Assembly: GCA_964495085.1 (NCBI GenBank)
Contig: CAZBUK010000002.1
Span: 12,112 to 76,111, forward strand
Source of the DNA: an uncultured Ignavibacteriales bacterium
Lineage (GTDB): Bacteria > Bacteroidota > Ignavibacteria > T3Sed10-11
DNA: 64,000 nt
Reading direction: 5' to 3'
Part shown: piece by piece, positions 52,251 to 62,851 of the stretch
How positions within the stretch are numbered: the first letter of the stretch is position 1
Layout: each line of letters opens with the position of its first letter
The notes under the pieces: model-generated
What the model saw: only the letters and a program-made list of their open reading frames with translations
What the model was told of the DNA's origin: nothing
Database searches by the model: none
Program-made: the position numbers and the translations under genes

Positions 52251-53912
52251 TTACGTCGGCTCCGCGCCGAGTTCCCTGCGAAGCGCTCCGATGACGGGGT
52301 GCTCGCTTTTTGCGTTCTTCTCATTTCCTTCGCCGTCTACAAACGCATCGATGCCGGTCTTCGCTCCGAACACTTTCTCACAGAACGAGACAAGAAATTC
52401 CCGGTGACGCTGAATCGTGCTGAGCTGATACTCATTATCGCACCGGAGCGTCATAAATCCCCGCTGTATGTCCACCAGCTTCGATTGGCCGAGAACCGAT
52501 CCAAGATTGATCTTCTCGCTCCTCACCATCGAGACGAATTCATCCCATCGCGCGTATGCCTCCTCGGCTGAAATAGTTTTGGCGACCCGGTGCTCCTCCG
52601 GGCGTGCAAGCGACTGCGGCGCCGGTCTTATGAGGGGTGCGGGATGTAGCTGCTTGCCCGGAACGGGATTGGAAGGATGTATTCCGGTGTCCGCGGCCGG
52701 CTGACGTGCCGGCGGCCAGCCGGCATGCGCCGTGCCGACGATGGGGATTCCATTCGCTCCGTCACCGTTTTTTTTTACGGACTCCAGCTTTTCAAGCAGC
52801 GATCTGAGATCGGACGTTTTCTCCATTTTGATCAGCTCGACGATGCCGCTTTCGAGCCGCAGACGGGGCTGCGAGCTCAACCTGATGTCCCTGCCGAGAT
52901 CGAGTACCGCGCGAAGATAACGCATGATATCGACATCGGCGAACTGCTTTGCCTCCTCTTCGTATCGCTTCTTATACTCGTGCGAGGTTTCAAGCAGGTC
53001 GGTGGACGAGGTAGTGAGGACCGTCAGAAGATTTCGCAGATGTTCCGCCAGGCCTTCCAGAAACTCGCGGAGGTCGTACCCGTTGTCGACGACGCGGGCA
53101 ATCAGTTGAAGTCCCGATTTGGCATCTCTTCTGGCGAGAACGCCAGTCACCTCGAAATAGAGGTCCTGATCCACCGTATTGAGCGTCGCATAGACGGTAT
53201 CCGCGGTCACGTCGTTGCCGCAGTATGCAATAACCTGGTCGAAGATGCTCTGGGCGTCGCGCATCGAGCCGTCGCCTTTTTTCGCGATGAAGAGCAAAGC
53301 GTCATCGTCGATGCTGATGTTCTCCTCCGCCGCGATGAATTTGAGCCTACCGATGATATCGCGTATGGCGATGCGTCTGAAATCGAATCTCTGGCAGCGG
53401 GAGAGTATCGTTGCCGGAACTTTGTTCACTTCCGTCGTGGCGAAGATGAAGAGCACGTGCGAAGGGGGTTCTTCGAGCGTTTTGAGAAGTGCGTTGAACG
53501 CCTCTTTGGTCAGCATGTGCACTTCATCGATGATGTACACTTTGTAGGCGGATTTAGCCGGAGCGTAGCGGACCGCTTCTCTCAGATTGCGTATCTCATC
53601 GACGCCGCGGTTCGAGGCGCCGTCGATCTCGAATACGTCGACATTCCGGCCGCCGCTTATTTCAGTACACGATTCGCACTTATTGCATGGATTTCCCTCG
53701 ACGGGATTTTCACAGTTCAGGACACGCGCAAGGATGCGGGCTACCGTCGTCTTCCCCACTCCTCTCGGGCCGCTGAAAATATACGCATGTCCGATCCGAT
53801 TCTGGCGGATAGCGTTTTTCAACGTCGCGCTGACGTGCTCCTGTCCGACGACATCCTCGAAGACAACCGGGCGCCATTTTCGGGCGGTGACGACATAATT
53901 CTTCTCTGACAT
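52251..53912 (-). CDS. dnaX: DNA polymerase III subunit gamma/tau
   Basis: GPRGVGKTT Walker A and a clamp-loader AAA+ core. The start is set at ATG 53912 (MSEKNYVVTARKWRP), preceded by an AAGGGGA RBS. The track ORF extends a further 19 codons upstream. Confidence 0.9.
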   Translation of the reverse strand: MSEKNYVVTARKWRPVVFEDVVGQEHVSATLKNAIRQNRIGHAYIFSGPRGVGKTTVARILARVLNCENPVEGNPCNKCESCTEISGGRNVDVFEIDGASNRGVDEIRNLREAVRYAPAKSAYKVYIIDEVHMLTKEAFNALLKTLEEPPSHVLFIFATTEVNKVPATILSRCQRFDFRRIAIRDIIGRLKFIAAEENISIDDDALLFIAKKGDGSMRDAQSIFDQVIAYCGNDVTADTVYATLNTVDQDLYFEVTGVLARRDAKSGLQLIARVVDNGYDLREFLEGLAEHLRNLLTVLTTSSTDLLETSHEYKKRYEEEAKQFADVDIMRYLRAVLDLGRDIRLSSQPRLRLESGIVELIKMEKTSDLRSLLEKLESVKKNGDGANGIPIVGTAHAGWPPARQPAADTGIHPSNPVPGKQLHPAPLIRPAPQSLARPEEHRVAKTISAEEAYARWDEFVSMVRSEKINLGSVLGQSKLVDIQRGFMTLRCDNEYQLSTIQRHREFLVSFCEKVFGAKTGIDAFVDGEGNEKNAKSEHPVIGALRRELGAEPT

Positions 53913-53944
53913 ATGATCAGTCCCCTTCTTACGACAAGAATATA

Positions 53945-54853
53945 TTACCGCGTAACGAGCACCGGACACGGGGTGCGTTTGAGCACGCGGTCGGTGGTGC
54001 TTCCGATCAGATAGTCCGCGATCTCGTCATGACCTCGCGTCGACATGACGATAAGATCGCTGTTCTCTTCCGAAGCGGCTTTCACGATCTCTATATGCGA
54101 GCTTCCTTCCCGCACCGTCGTTTGCACGTCGATCCCGGAGAGGTCGAATCCCTTGACGTACGCCTCCAGACGGGCTTCGATTCGTCCGCGCATATCGGGA
54201 TCGAGATCGAAAATCGACTCCGCCCCGCCTGCGTAGTATGCGGGATGAAAGCGTATTTCCACGGCATGCAGCGCCAGGATCCCGGCGTCAAAACGGCGCG
54301 CAAGAACGATCGCCTGTTCCATCGCTTTTCCCGATCCGTCCGAGAAATCCGTCGGGACGAGTATTCGTTTCAGGTTCGTTTGCGCAACGGGGTGATGCTT
54401 CGGACGTCTGACCGCAAGAACGGAACAGGGCGCCCGCTGGATCACCTTCTCGGTGACGCTCCCGATGAGCAGGTGGGACAATCCCGACCGTCCGTGTGTT
54501 GCCATAACGATCAGATCGATCCCGTGTTCCCCCGCATAGGAAGTTATCACTTCGTGCGGAGAGACGCCGCGTTCGGTGATGGATGCAATTTTTATTTTTT
54601 GATGAGATTTTGCCGCGCTTTCCACCATTCCGCGGACTTCCGTATGCGCGGTATCCTCGATCGTTTTGTATACATCCTCGAACGAATCGAAAGTGTGCTG
54701 CGGATTGTTCGGGTCGTATTCGTATAACGAGACGGCATGGAGAATGGTTATCCCGGCGCCGTATTGCTGGGCGATTGCTAGAGCGTAGGGAAAAGCATCT
54801 CTGGAGACGTCGGAAAAATCGGTCGGCATCAGAATATGTCTGATCGTATTCAT
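53945..54853 (-). CDS. universal stress protein, tandem UspA domains
   Basis: Two Usp modules, each with …ILVPTDFSD… and …GSVT/GSTTD… motifs. Confidence 0.8.
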   Translation of the reverse strand: MNTIRHILMPTDFSDVSRDAFPYALAIAQQYGAGITILHAVSLYEYDPNNPQHTFDSFEDVYKTIEDTAHTEVRGMVESAAKSHQKIKIASITERGVSPHEVITSYAGEHGIDLIVMATHGRSGLSHLLIGSVTEKVIQRAPCSVLAVRRPKHHPVAQTNLKRILVPTDFSDGSGKAMEQAIVLARRFDAGILALHAVEIRFHPAYYAGGAESIFDLDPDMRGRIEARLEAYVKGFDLSGIDVQTTVREGSSHIEIVKAASEENSDLIVMSTRGHDEIADYLIGSTTDRVLKRTPCPVLVTR

Positions 54854-54870
54854 AGCTTCGCCGTAGATTG

Positions 54871-57291
54871 TTATTTCCGTTTTCGCGCCGCGATTCGTTT
54901 TTTTCTCTTGGTCGTTCCGTTCGAGAAGACGTAATCGAGGGCATCGATAATGGTTACGATCGGTATGATCTGCATGCCGACCTTGATGCGCGGCGGAATT
55001 TCGGCAAGGTGCGGTTGATTCTCCTTCGGGATAAGCACGGTCTTGATCCCGCTCCGTTTAGCGGCGAGCAGTTTCTCGGTGAGCCCGCCGATCGCAAGCA
55101 CCTTCCCGCGCAGCGTGATCTCGCCGGTCATCGCTACCTCCGACCTGGTTTTGCGGCCGGATATCGCGGAGATGAGCGCCATCGCCATGGTTATGCCGGC
55201 AGAAGGTCCGTCTTTCGGAATCGCCCCTTCGGGAAGATGGATATGAATTTCCTTCCCTTTATAGAATTCAGGATCGATCTGCAGGGTTTGTGCGTTCGTG
55301 CGGATGTAGCTCAACGCCGCCTGCGCAGATTCTTTCATCACGTCTCCCAGCTTGCCGGTGAGGCTCAGCTTCTCCTGTCCGTTCATGACGGTGGCTTCGA
55401 CGTTCAGCAGCTCGCCACCGACGCTCGTCCATGCGAGGCCGGTAGCGGTTCCGACGCGTTTACCATCGTCCTTCGGACGATTCATATACCGGGGAACGCC
55501 GAGATATTTCTCCACCAGACCCTCATCGATCGAGATCTTCGGGAAGGGACGTTTGCCGTTCTTCTGACGCTTCAATACCACCTCTTTCGCGCTCTTCCGT
55601 ATCAGCGAAGCGATTTCCCGTTCAAGATTCCGTACGCCGGCTTCACGGGTATACTCCTCGATCACTTTGACGACGGTCCGGTTCGGGATCTTTATCTGGG
55701 ATGGTTTCAAACCATGCTCACGGATCTGTTTCGGTACGATATGTCTCCGGGCTATTTCGACCTTGTCGTGCTCGAGATAGCCGGGGAGTTCGATGATCTC
55801 CATCCTGTCCTGCAGCGGCAGGGGAATCGCATGGCGGATGTTCGCGGTGGTGATGAACAGGACGTTCGACAGATCGTAATCGACCTCGACATAGTGATCG
55901 ACAAAGGTGTTGTTCTGTTCCGGATCGAGCACCTCGAGCAGCGCCGAGGCCGGATCGCCGTGGAAATCCATGCTCATTTTATCGACTTCATCGAGCAGCA
56001 TGACCGGATTCACCACTCCGGCACGCTTCATCGACTGTATAATTTTTCCCGGCATCGAGCCGATATAGGTACGCCGGTGCCCCCTGATTTCCGCTTCGTC
56101 CCTAATACCCCCCAGCGAGAAACGCACGAAACTCCTTCCGAGCGCGCGTGCGATCGAGCGGCCGAGCGACGTTTTGCCGACGCCCGGAGGTCCGACGAAG
56201 CAGAGGATCTGCCCGCGGATCTGCTTGACGAGATTCAGAACGGCGATGTGTTCGACGATCCGCTCCTTCGGTTTATCGAGCCCGTAATGATCCTCATCGA
56301 GGATCTCTTTCACATGCCCGATCTTCAGATTATCTTCCGTTCTTTTATACCAGGGAATGTTCGTCAGCCAATCGAGATAATTCCGGCTTACGGTATATTC
56401 CGGAGACATCGTGGGGATTTTTTTCAGCTTGTTTAATTCTTCTTCCGCTTTCTCCCGCGCCTGTTGCGGCATGCCGGCCTGATCAATCGATTCCTTCAAC
56501 TTCAAGAGTTCCGGCGATGTCTCTTCCTCGCCCAATTCGTCCTGCAGGATTTTAATCTGTTCCTGGATATAGTATTTGCGCTGGGATTTCTGAATCGTGT
56601 CGTGTACTTTCGAATCGATCTCCTGTTCGAGCTGAAGAATGTCTATTTCGCCGCTGAGGATGCGGGCGAGTTCGAGCAATTGATCCTTGAGCGAGGTAAT
56701 TTTCAGCAGCCGCTGCTTCACCTCAACCGATTGGACGAGATTCGCCGCCATATAATAGAGCTTCTGAGACGGATCCTTGATGTTCTCGAAGACCACGAGG
56801 ACCTCCGAGGGTATGTTGCGGCTTGATTTCACGTAGTCGGTGAAAAGGCTCGAGAGGTGGCGGATGTGCGCGTTCAGATCCGCGGTTACCGTGTAATTCT
56901 CCTGGATGAGCGTCGCTTCAACTTCAAGGAATCCATGCTCCGACATGAACCTCTTTGCGTGCGCCTGAATCGTTCCGTCCACGAGAATCTTGATAAGTCC
57001 GTTCGGAAGTTTCAGGATTTGAACGATACGGGCGATCGTGCCTTCATGATACACGTCGTCGGGGCCGGGTTCCTCGATGGAGGGATCTTTTTGCGCCGTG
57101 ATGAAAATATACTTCTCCTCGTCAAGCGCCCGGTACGCGGCTTTTAAAGATGACTCTCTGCCGACCAGAACCGGAAAGATCATGAAGGGGAATAAAACCA
57201 CATCTCTGAGGGGCAAAACGGGCAGTTTTGTGGGGATCGCAGAAACAGATTGTATGAGATCGTTTTTTTCTTTGGTAATATCCGTATCCAT
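54871..57291 (-). CDS. lon: ATP-dependent protease Lon (LonA)
   Basis: 806 aa. Lon N-domain, GPPGVGKTS Walker A, and [15 protein letters not shown] catalytic Ser motif. Confidence 0.95.
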   Translation of the reverse strand: MDTDITKEKNDLIQSVSAIPTKLPVLPLRDVVLFPFMIFPVLVGRESSLKAAYRALDEEKYIFITAQKDPSIEEPGPDDVYHEGTIARIVQILKLPNGLIKILVDGTIQAHAKRFMSEHGFLEVEATLIQENYTVTADLNAHIRHLSSLFTDYVKSSRNIPSEVLVVFENIKDPSQKLYYMAANLVQSVEVKQRLLKITSLKDQLLELARILSGEIDILQLEQEIDSKVHDTIQKSQRKYYIQEQIKILQDELGEEETSPELLKLKESIDQAGMPQQAREKAEEELNKLKKIPTMSPEYTVSRNYLDWLTNIPWYKRTEDNLKIGHVKEILDEDHYGLDKPKERIVEHIAVLNLVKQIRGQILCFVGPPGVGKTSLGRSIARALGRSFVRFSLGGIRDEAEIRGHRRTYIGSMPGKIIQSMKRAGVVNPVMLLDEVDKMSMDFHGDPASALLEVLDPEQNNTFVDHYVEVDYDLSNVLFITTANIRHAIPLPLQDRMEIIELPGYLEHDKVEIARRHIVPKQIREHGLKPSQIKIPNRTVVKVIEEYTREAGVRNLEREIASLIRKSAKEVVLKRQKNGKRPFPKISIDEGLVEKYLGVPRYMNRPKDDGKRVGTATGLAWTSVGGELLNVEATVMNGQEKLSLTGKLGDVMKESAQAALSYIRTNAQTLQIDPEFYKGKEIHIHLPEGAIPKDGPSAGITMAMALISAISGRKTRSEVAMTGEITLRGKVLAIGGLTEKLLAAKRSGIKTVLIPKENQPHLAEIPPRIKVGMQIIPIVTIIDALDYVFSNGTTKRKKRIAARKRK

Positions 57292-57494
57292 GTAAAATAA
57301 AAGCCAGGGTATGCCGGTGATATGATTTGAGATTGAATGACAAATATACTAAGAATAGGCTGGGATAGCAAGCAGCAATGAACGCTCTTTCTGCCGGATC
57401 TACCCGTTCTGTACAGATGCCGCAGGCTGATTAAAGCCGGATTTACCTGAAGGCATTTGGAATCCGATTTTTTTTTCAATATCATTAAAAACTT

Positions 57495-58196
57495 ATGCGC
57501 TACGCGATCATCTCCGACATCCACGCTAATTTAGAAGCGCTCACGACCGCCCTGGTGTACATTGACTCATCGAACATTGATGAAGTAATATGTCTGGGAG
57601 ACATCGTCGGGTACGGTGCCAGTCCGAATGAGTGTATCGATATTATTCGCGAACGTTGTGAAAAAGTCATCCTCGGCAATCACGACATCGCCTGCGTCGA
57701 TCTGATCCATACGGGAGACATGACGGCAAATGCCAGGAAGGCGGCTTTCTGGACTCATGACCGGCTCACTCCATCCTCGCGTGAATATCTCGAACACCTG
57801 CCGCTTCGCATCGATCATGAAACCTTTACGCTCGTCCATGCCTTTCCCTACCGGCCGGGAAATTGGGATTACCTGATGAGCCGCTTTCAAGCGGAGATCG
57901 CATTCCACCACTTCGATACCCATCTCTGTTTTATCGGACATACGCATGTCCCCGCTATTTACGATTCCGAAGATTCGGAGAAGGGAGTATACAGCAACGG
58001 GAAGCATATCATCAACGTCGGGAGCATCGGGCAGCCGAGAGACGGAGATCCTCGACTGAGTTTCGGGTTATTGGATACGGCGAACTGGTCGTATGAAAAT
58101 GTACGGCTTGCCTATCCGGTCGAGCTCGCCGCAGAGAAGATCAGGCATGCCGGCCTTCCGGACCTGCTCGCCGACAGATTATTCACGGGTTTGTGA
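57495..58196 (+). CDS. metallophosphoesterase (YfcE/MJ0936-like)
   Basis: Contains ISDIHAN…GDIVGYG…GNHD… metal-binding motifs. Confidence 0.8.
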   Translation: MRYAIISDIHANLEALTTALVYIDSSNIDEVICLGDIVGYGASPNECIDIIRERCEKVILGNHDIACVDLIHTGDMTANARKAAFWTHDRLTPSSREYLEHLPLRIDHETFTLVHAFPYRPGNWDYLMSRFQAEIAFHHFDTHLCFIGHTHVPAIYDSEDSEKGVYSNGKHIINVGSIGQPRDGDPRLSFGLLDTANWSYENVRLAYPVELAAEKIRHAGLPDLLADRLFTGL

Positions 58197-59261
58197 CGTT
58201 CCTGTAAAGTGGTCGTATCCACCGCCGCTTACAACTTTCACGGGCTCTCCATCCTTTACCAATCTGATCAATCCTTCGTCGCCGGTAACCGTGCCGATCA
58301 CCCGGACTTCGGGCGCCGCCGTGCCGAGTTCGTCGAGCGCGTCGGGTGCAACGGTAAAGAGCAACTCGTATTCCTCCCCTCCGAAGAGCACATAATCGAG
58401 CGGGTCGTCGGAGAACTTCTCGGCTGCCCTGCGTACTTCATCGTGTACGGCGAGTGCGCCGATATCGATATCCGCTCCCGTTGCGCTCGCCTTGCAAATG
58501 TGCCGGAGATCGGAGGCGAGTCCGTCGCTTATATCGATCATCGCATGCAGCCATGCATATCCTGCAATTTTTTCCGCTACATCGAAACGTGCCCGCGGCG
58601 AGAGATGCTTTGACACTGCCTTTGCATAGGGGGTGAAATCCGGTTGGAATTCGTCTTCTGCCGAAGTCGACTGGAAACGTTCCTTTTCGGCGACAAGTAT
58701 CTTTAAGCCCGCGTGCGAGAGTCCGAGATCGCCGGATACACAGATCTTATCGCCCGGCTTCGCAGCCGACCGGAGCTTCAGTCGGGGTGCAGCGATCTCG
58801 CCGGTTATCGTCGCCGAGACGATCATGTTTCCCAGCGTCGTATTGGTATCCCCGCCGACGACCGCGCACCGGTAGGTCTCGGCGGCTCTCGTTACACCTT
58901 CGTAAAAAGCATCGACCATCTCGACCGAGATTTTTGCGGGAAGCGCAATCGATATAAGGGCGTGGAGCGGTATCCCTCCCATCGCGGCGATGTCGCTCAG
59001 GTTCACGACCATAAGTTTCCACCCGAGATGCCGGAACGAGGTATAGGTCAGATCGAAATGAATTCCCTCAACCATCAGGTCCGAGGTAACCAATTGGAGC
59101 ATATCCGCCTCGGGCTTGATCACGGCCGTGTCGTCGTCTATTCCGCGGATAATTCTCCCCGCAATGCCGGGCGGAAGAGAAACGGATCCGCATCTCTGCT
59201 TGATACGCTCGATGAGACCGAACTCGCCGAGCGTTGAAATGGGGGTATTCTGATTTGTCAT
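58179..59261 (-). CDS. thiL: thiamine-monophosphate kinase
   Basis: AIR-synthase-related fold. 360 aa. N-terminal EFGLIERI…. Confidence 0.85.
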   Translation of the reverse strand: MTNQNTPISTLGEFGLIERIKQRCGSVSLPPGIAGRIIRGIDDDTAVIKPEADMLQLVTSDLMVEGIHFDLTYTSFRHLGWKLMVVNLSDIAAMGGIPLHALISIALPAKISVEMVDAFYEGVTRAAETYRCAVVGGDTNTTLGNMIVSATITGEIAAPRLKLRSAAKPGDKICVSGDLGLSHAGLKILVAEKERFQSTSAEDEFQPDFTPYAKAVSKHLSPRARFDVAEKIAGYAWLHAMIDISDGLASDLRHICKASATGADIDIGALAVHDEVRRAAEKFSDDPLDYVLFGGEEYELLFTVAPDALDELGTAAPEVRVIGTVTGDEGLIRLVKDGEPVKVVSGGGYDHFTGTSQTRE

Positions 59262-59425
59262 CGGGGATAGATTCGTTGTGAATAGAAAAAGGAGGGATAT
59301 CGTTCATCGGGCGTATCGAAATCGAATTCCCGCGAAGAGAAATCGATTCTCCGCACATCGAAGGATTCGCCGGTTGACCGGCATGATTTCATCCGGTTCC
59401 GTATGCGGTGAGGAGGAGCGAAGGG

Positions 59426-59986
59426 TCAGAGCAGCGCCCGGATCTTTTCAGTGAACTCGGCTTTCGATCGAACTCCCACGATCACCTCGGCAACTTTTCC
59501 TTCCTTATTGAGAAGAATCGTCGTCGGAACGGCTCTGATAGATCCGAATTTATTTACCAGACGACCGTCGTCTAGAATGTTGAGGTAATCGATCTTCTGC
59601 TGATCGATAAATCTGTTCACCTTCGCGACACTGTCGTTTCCGGTATCTACCGAAACGCCGATCATGAAAAATTGTTGTCCGTCGATCTCGTCGTTGATCT
59701 CGATTAATTCGGGAATCTCTTTCCGGCAAGGCACGCACCAGGTAGCCCAAAAATTAATCAGGACCACCTTTCCTTTGTGGTCCCGGAGCGAGGCTATGTT
59801 CCCCGAAGCATCCTTCCAGCTGAACTGTGCATACGGATCCGCGGTCGCTGCTGCATCCACGACGATCGCAACGTTTCCCTCCGGTTGGATCTGGGATTTA
59901 TTGTCGGTTCTGAGATCGTGTATGGACAGTGCGAAAATCCCCAGAGCAATAACGAATATGATACTATAACGGAACCGGTGTCTCAT
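59426..59986 (-). CDS. TlpA-like thiol:disulfide oxidoreductase (thioredoxin fold, WCVPC)
   Basis: Contains FWATWCVPCRKE. N-terminal TM anchor. The start is set at ATG 59986 with an AGGAAGG RBS. The track ORF extends upstream to 60082, overlapping the anti-sigma gene. Confidence 0.75.
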   Translation of the reverse strand: MRHRFRYSIIFVIALGIFALSIHDLRTDNKSQIQPEGNVAIVVDAAATADPYAQFSWKDASGNIASLRDHKGKVVLINFWATWCVPCRKEIPELIEINDEIDGQQFFMIGVSVDTGNDSVAKVNRFIDQQKIDYLNILDDGRLVNKFGSIRAVPTTILLNKEGKVAEVIVGVRSKAEFTEKIRALL

Positions 59987-60009
59987 TGTCGACCTTCCTG
60001 AAAGCGCTT

Positions 60010-60840
60010 TTAATACTGACTCGATTGCTGTGTGAAGAGAGCGGTAAGTTTCCCCGAATCCATCGCTGAAACGGCTGCGCAAATTGTATTGTCGCCGTAC
60101 AGCCAGAGAACCACGCTGTAGTTCTCGTTTGTGTCGTCCGTGAACCAGCCGGTCTGGGACAGCGATGCGAGCGCCGCTTTCGAAAGCCTGATGCGCTTTC
60201 CGTCCTTGACCTCATTCCAGTTTACCTGGTGCACGTACACGATGCCCTCCGGAATTTTATATACCAGGTGCGCCTGGGGTATTCCTTCATACCTGGACAT
60301 CACGGCGCCGACCCAGTCGCAATCTTTAACCGGTTTCAAAGCAACCGCGAAATCGACCTGGCCGGTGAAGAACTCATACAGCTCGTTGACGTTATTCGAA
60401 ACTTTGGTGGGCTGGATGGTTCCTGCAAGGACGAGACCGTAGTTCTCGACGGATTGCGTCATCAGGTCGCCGGATTCGCCGAGCCGGGGTTGAGTCCGGT
60501 CGAGATAGATGAATACCGTGAGAGCAATGGTAAGAAACGCCGCCACCGCAGCTCGTGTGAGCGGGGATCTCCAAAGCTGAACGACCACACCGACGGTCCG
60601 CTGCCGAACCTGCGACTCTTCTTCGATGACCTGCCGGATCCGTAACGCAACATCGGCGGGTGTTTTTTGCCTGCGTAACTTGTGTCTGATGAAATTCTTC
60701 GTAATGACATCAAGTTCGTAGTCACTTCTGCAGCCGGGACACATCTGAATGTGATCGTCAAAATACTCTTTCCGATCTCCGCTCAACCTACCGTCTACGG
60801 CGTCGACCAGAAGGTCTTGTGTTTTTTGACAATCATTCAT
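60010..60840 (-). CDS. anti-sigma factor (zf-HC2 N-domain, single TM, periplasmic C-domain)
   Basis: Contains HIQMCPGCRSDYE (HxxxCxxC). TM segment AAVAAFLTIALTVFIYL. Immediately downstream of the ECF sigma gene. Confidence 0.75.
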   Translation of the reverse strand: MNDCQKTQDLLVDAVDGRLSGDRKEYFDDHIQMCPGCRSDYELDVITKNFIRHKLRRQKTPADVALRIRQVIEEESQVRQRTVGVVVQLWRSPLTRAAVAAFLTIALTVFIYLDRTQPRLGESGDLMTQSVENYGLVLAGTIQPTKVSNNVNELYEFFTGQVDFAVALKPVKDCDWVGAVMSRYEGIPQAHLVYKIPEGIVYVHQVNWNEVKDGKRIRLSKAALASLSQTGWFTDDTNENYSVVLWLYGDNTICAAVSAMDSGKLTALFTQQSSQY

Positions 60841-60857
60841 AGACCGTTAGAAACTAT

Positions 60858-61481
60858 CTAATCGTTAACCTCATATCCTCGTTCATGGGCATAGTGAAAT
60901 AGTTTATCACGTAGCAGTTTCCTGCCGCGGTGCAACCGCGATCGAATCGTCCCGATCGGACAATCGACGAACTCAGCGGCCTCCTCATACGTAAATCCTT
61001 CAATATCGCATAAAATCACAACAGTTCGAAATTCCTCGGGAAGCTCGGTGAGCGCCGTCGCGATATTATCGTCCAGTAACTGCCCGAACAGGCGCTCCGA
61101 AAGGTCGTTTGCATCGCTCGTCTGCTCCCGGATAGTATTGTAAAAATCCTTTATCTCATCGTAATCCAGGTGGTCCGGGGTCTTGACCGCTTTCCGGTAC
61201 CTGTTGATATAAGAATTTCGCATTATTCGGAACAACCATGCCCTGCAATTGGTTCCTCTCTCAAACTTACTCCAGAATCTGTACGCTTTCAGATAGGTTT
61301 CCTGCAACAGGTCGTGGGCATCTTCCGGATTGCTCGTCAGCCGGAGGGCATAGTTGTACAGGATATCCATGTGGGGAATGGCTTCGGACTGAAACTCCTG
61401 ATGCTTTTGCCGGGTTTTCGGGTCTTGTATGGTCACTGCAAAGAGCATGCTGATCCGCTCGGTCGATGGGTCATACTGCAA
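60858..61481 (-). CDS. ECF-type RNA polymerase sigma-70 factor
   Basis: Sigma region 2 (…YLKAYRFW…) and region 4 HTH motifs. 207 aa from the TTG start, with an alternative ATG start at 61448. Confidence 0.85.
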   Translation of the reverse strand: MQYDPSTERISMLFAVTIQDPKTRQKHQEFQSEAIPHMDILYNYALRLTSNPEDAHDLLQETYLKAYRFWSKFERGTNCRAWLFRIMRNSYINRYRKAVKTPDHLDYDEIKDFYNTIREQTSDANDLSERLFGQLLDDNIATALTELPEEFRTVVILCDIEGFTYEEAAEFVDCPIGTIRSRLHRGRKLLRDKLFHYAHERGYEVND

Positions 61482-61558
61482 ACCGGAACATGAAAAATTC
61501 TGTTTGCGACGAATATACCGAGGTCAGTATACAAAAATATATATTGTCGAGCAAGCAT

Positions 61559-62851
61559 TTAATCATGCGGTACGTCACGGAAACGGCTTTTCAGGAACAG
61601 ATCGAAATCACCGGATGCGATACCGCTCTGAATGGTCACCGTCCCTTTATCGCCTGAGCCGATGCTGATCTCGCAGTTTACCGCTTCATCCACGGGCGGC
61701 AGCCAGGCACGGCCTGCGGCGCTCTGCCACTCATCCGCACCGAAAAATCTGAACCGCGCATCCGACGCATCGAGCAGATACGAGGAGGTGAATGTAGAAC
61801 AATCTCCGAGTTCGGCGAGGCCTATCTCATACGCTAAGCCGTTCTTCGCATGTTCCGCCGCGGGCCGGAGATAGAACCCCACGTCCTGCGTTCCCGAAGG
61901 AACACCGTTGATGAAAATCTGTGCGTTCCTGAAAATATATTCGCAGAAATATCTTCGGTTGAAGGGAAGACGATCGTAGAGATCGGAAACAGGCAGCGTC
62001 TCGTCGGCTATCCCGACGAACGAGGCGAGCAGAGAGAGAGCGATCGCCTTACGGATCTGCTCTTTGGTCCGGTCGAACGGCGTGTAGCCCGCTTCGATCA
62101 GCACCGTGCGGGTGTTCCAGCGCTGCATCGAATCGCCGAAGGCGCGGTGTTCATAGGTATCGTCGTATTTTGCAGCGCAACCCGGGATCATCTGTTGAAC
62201 GCAGCCGCCGAGGAATGCCGCAAGCCGCAATGCATCGCCGCGCACTTCGTTTACCTCCTTCTCCTCGTCGAATGCCGGCGCCAACAAAGAGATGGCTGCC
62301 GGTTCCCCGGTCACCCCAGCCGAGTATCGCATTTCCTGGTCATGGAGATTGAAACCCCATGCCGCACCGTAGGCGTCGCGTATCGATTTCAGCAGCCGGG
62401 CTTCGGGCGTCCGCAGTGCGACGGCGTCTCTGTTCATATCTATCCCCATCGCCGTCCGGCGTTTGAACCGTTCCGCACCGTCGGGGTTCAGCATCGGCAC
62501 GAACAGCAGGGTAAGTTCCGATAAAATCCCGGATACGTCGGGATGCCTGCTGAGCTTATCGAGCAGCACAAACAGATCGAGCAGTGCGCGGGTTGCCGTC
62601 GGCTCGTCGCCATGCATCTGCGACCAGAGCAGTATCGTTTTATCACCGCTTCCGGCCCGAAGCAGTCGTATCGGCCGGCCTTCGTAAGAGAATCCTGCTA
62701 CTTCCTGCTTGTAAAGAGCCGGCGGAAGCTTATCGAGATGCCGGTACAGCTCATCCTGCTTCAACCAATACGGCAAGGAAACAGGCGGTAGATCGTCGTA
62801 CATACGCACGAACTCTTCTTGAATAGGGGATGCCATATGGATTCCTTTCAT
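61559..62851 (-). CDS. M14-family zinc carboxypeptidase
   Basis: Contains QMHGDEPT (HxxE zinc ligands). 430 aa. Confidence 0.75.
   Translation of the reverse strand: MKGIHMASPIQEEFVRMYDDLPPVSLPYWLKQDELYRHLDKLPPALYKQEVAGFSYEGRPIRLLRAGSGDKTILLWSQMHGDEPTATRALLDLFVLLDKLSRHPDVSGILSELTLLFVPMLNPDGAERFKRRTAMGIDMNRDAVALRTPEARLLKSIRDAYGAAWGFNLHDQEMRYSAGVTGEPAAISLLAPAFDEEKEVNEVRGDALRLAAFLGGCVQQMIPGCAAKYDDTYEHRAFGDSMQRWNTRTVLIEAGYTPFDRTKEQIRKAIALSLLASFVGIADETLPVSDLYDRLPFNRRYFCEYIFRNAQIFINGVPSGTQDVGFYLRPAAEHAKNGLAYEIGLAELGDCSTFTSSYLLDASDARFRFFGADEWQSAAGRAWLPPVDEAVNCEISIGSGDKGTVTIQSGIASGDFDLFLKSRFRDVPHD

Noticed and set aside
59262-59425. TPP riboswitch upstream of thiL
   Set aside because: The minus-strand leader lacks CUGAGA and the other THI-box conserved elements.
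61485-61510. ECF-type promoter motif GGAAC-N17-CGAC next to the ECF sigma gene
   Set aside because: The motif is on the + strand and points away from the minus-strand sigma gene. It overlaps the sigma gene's own start region, so it cannot be its autoregulatory promoter.
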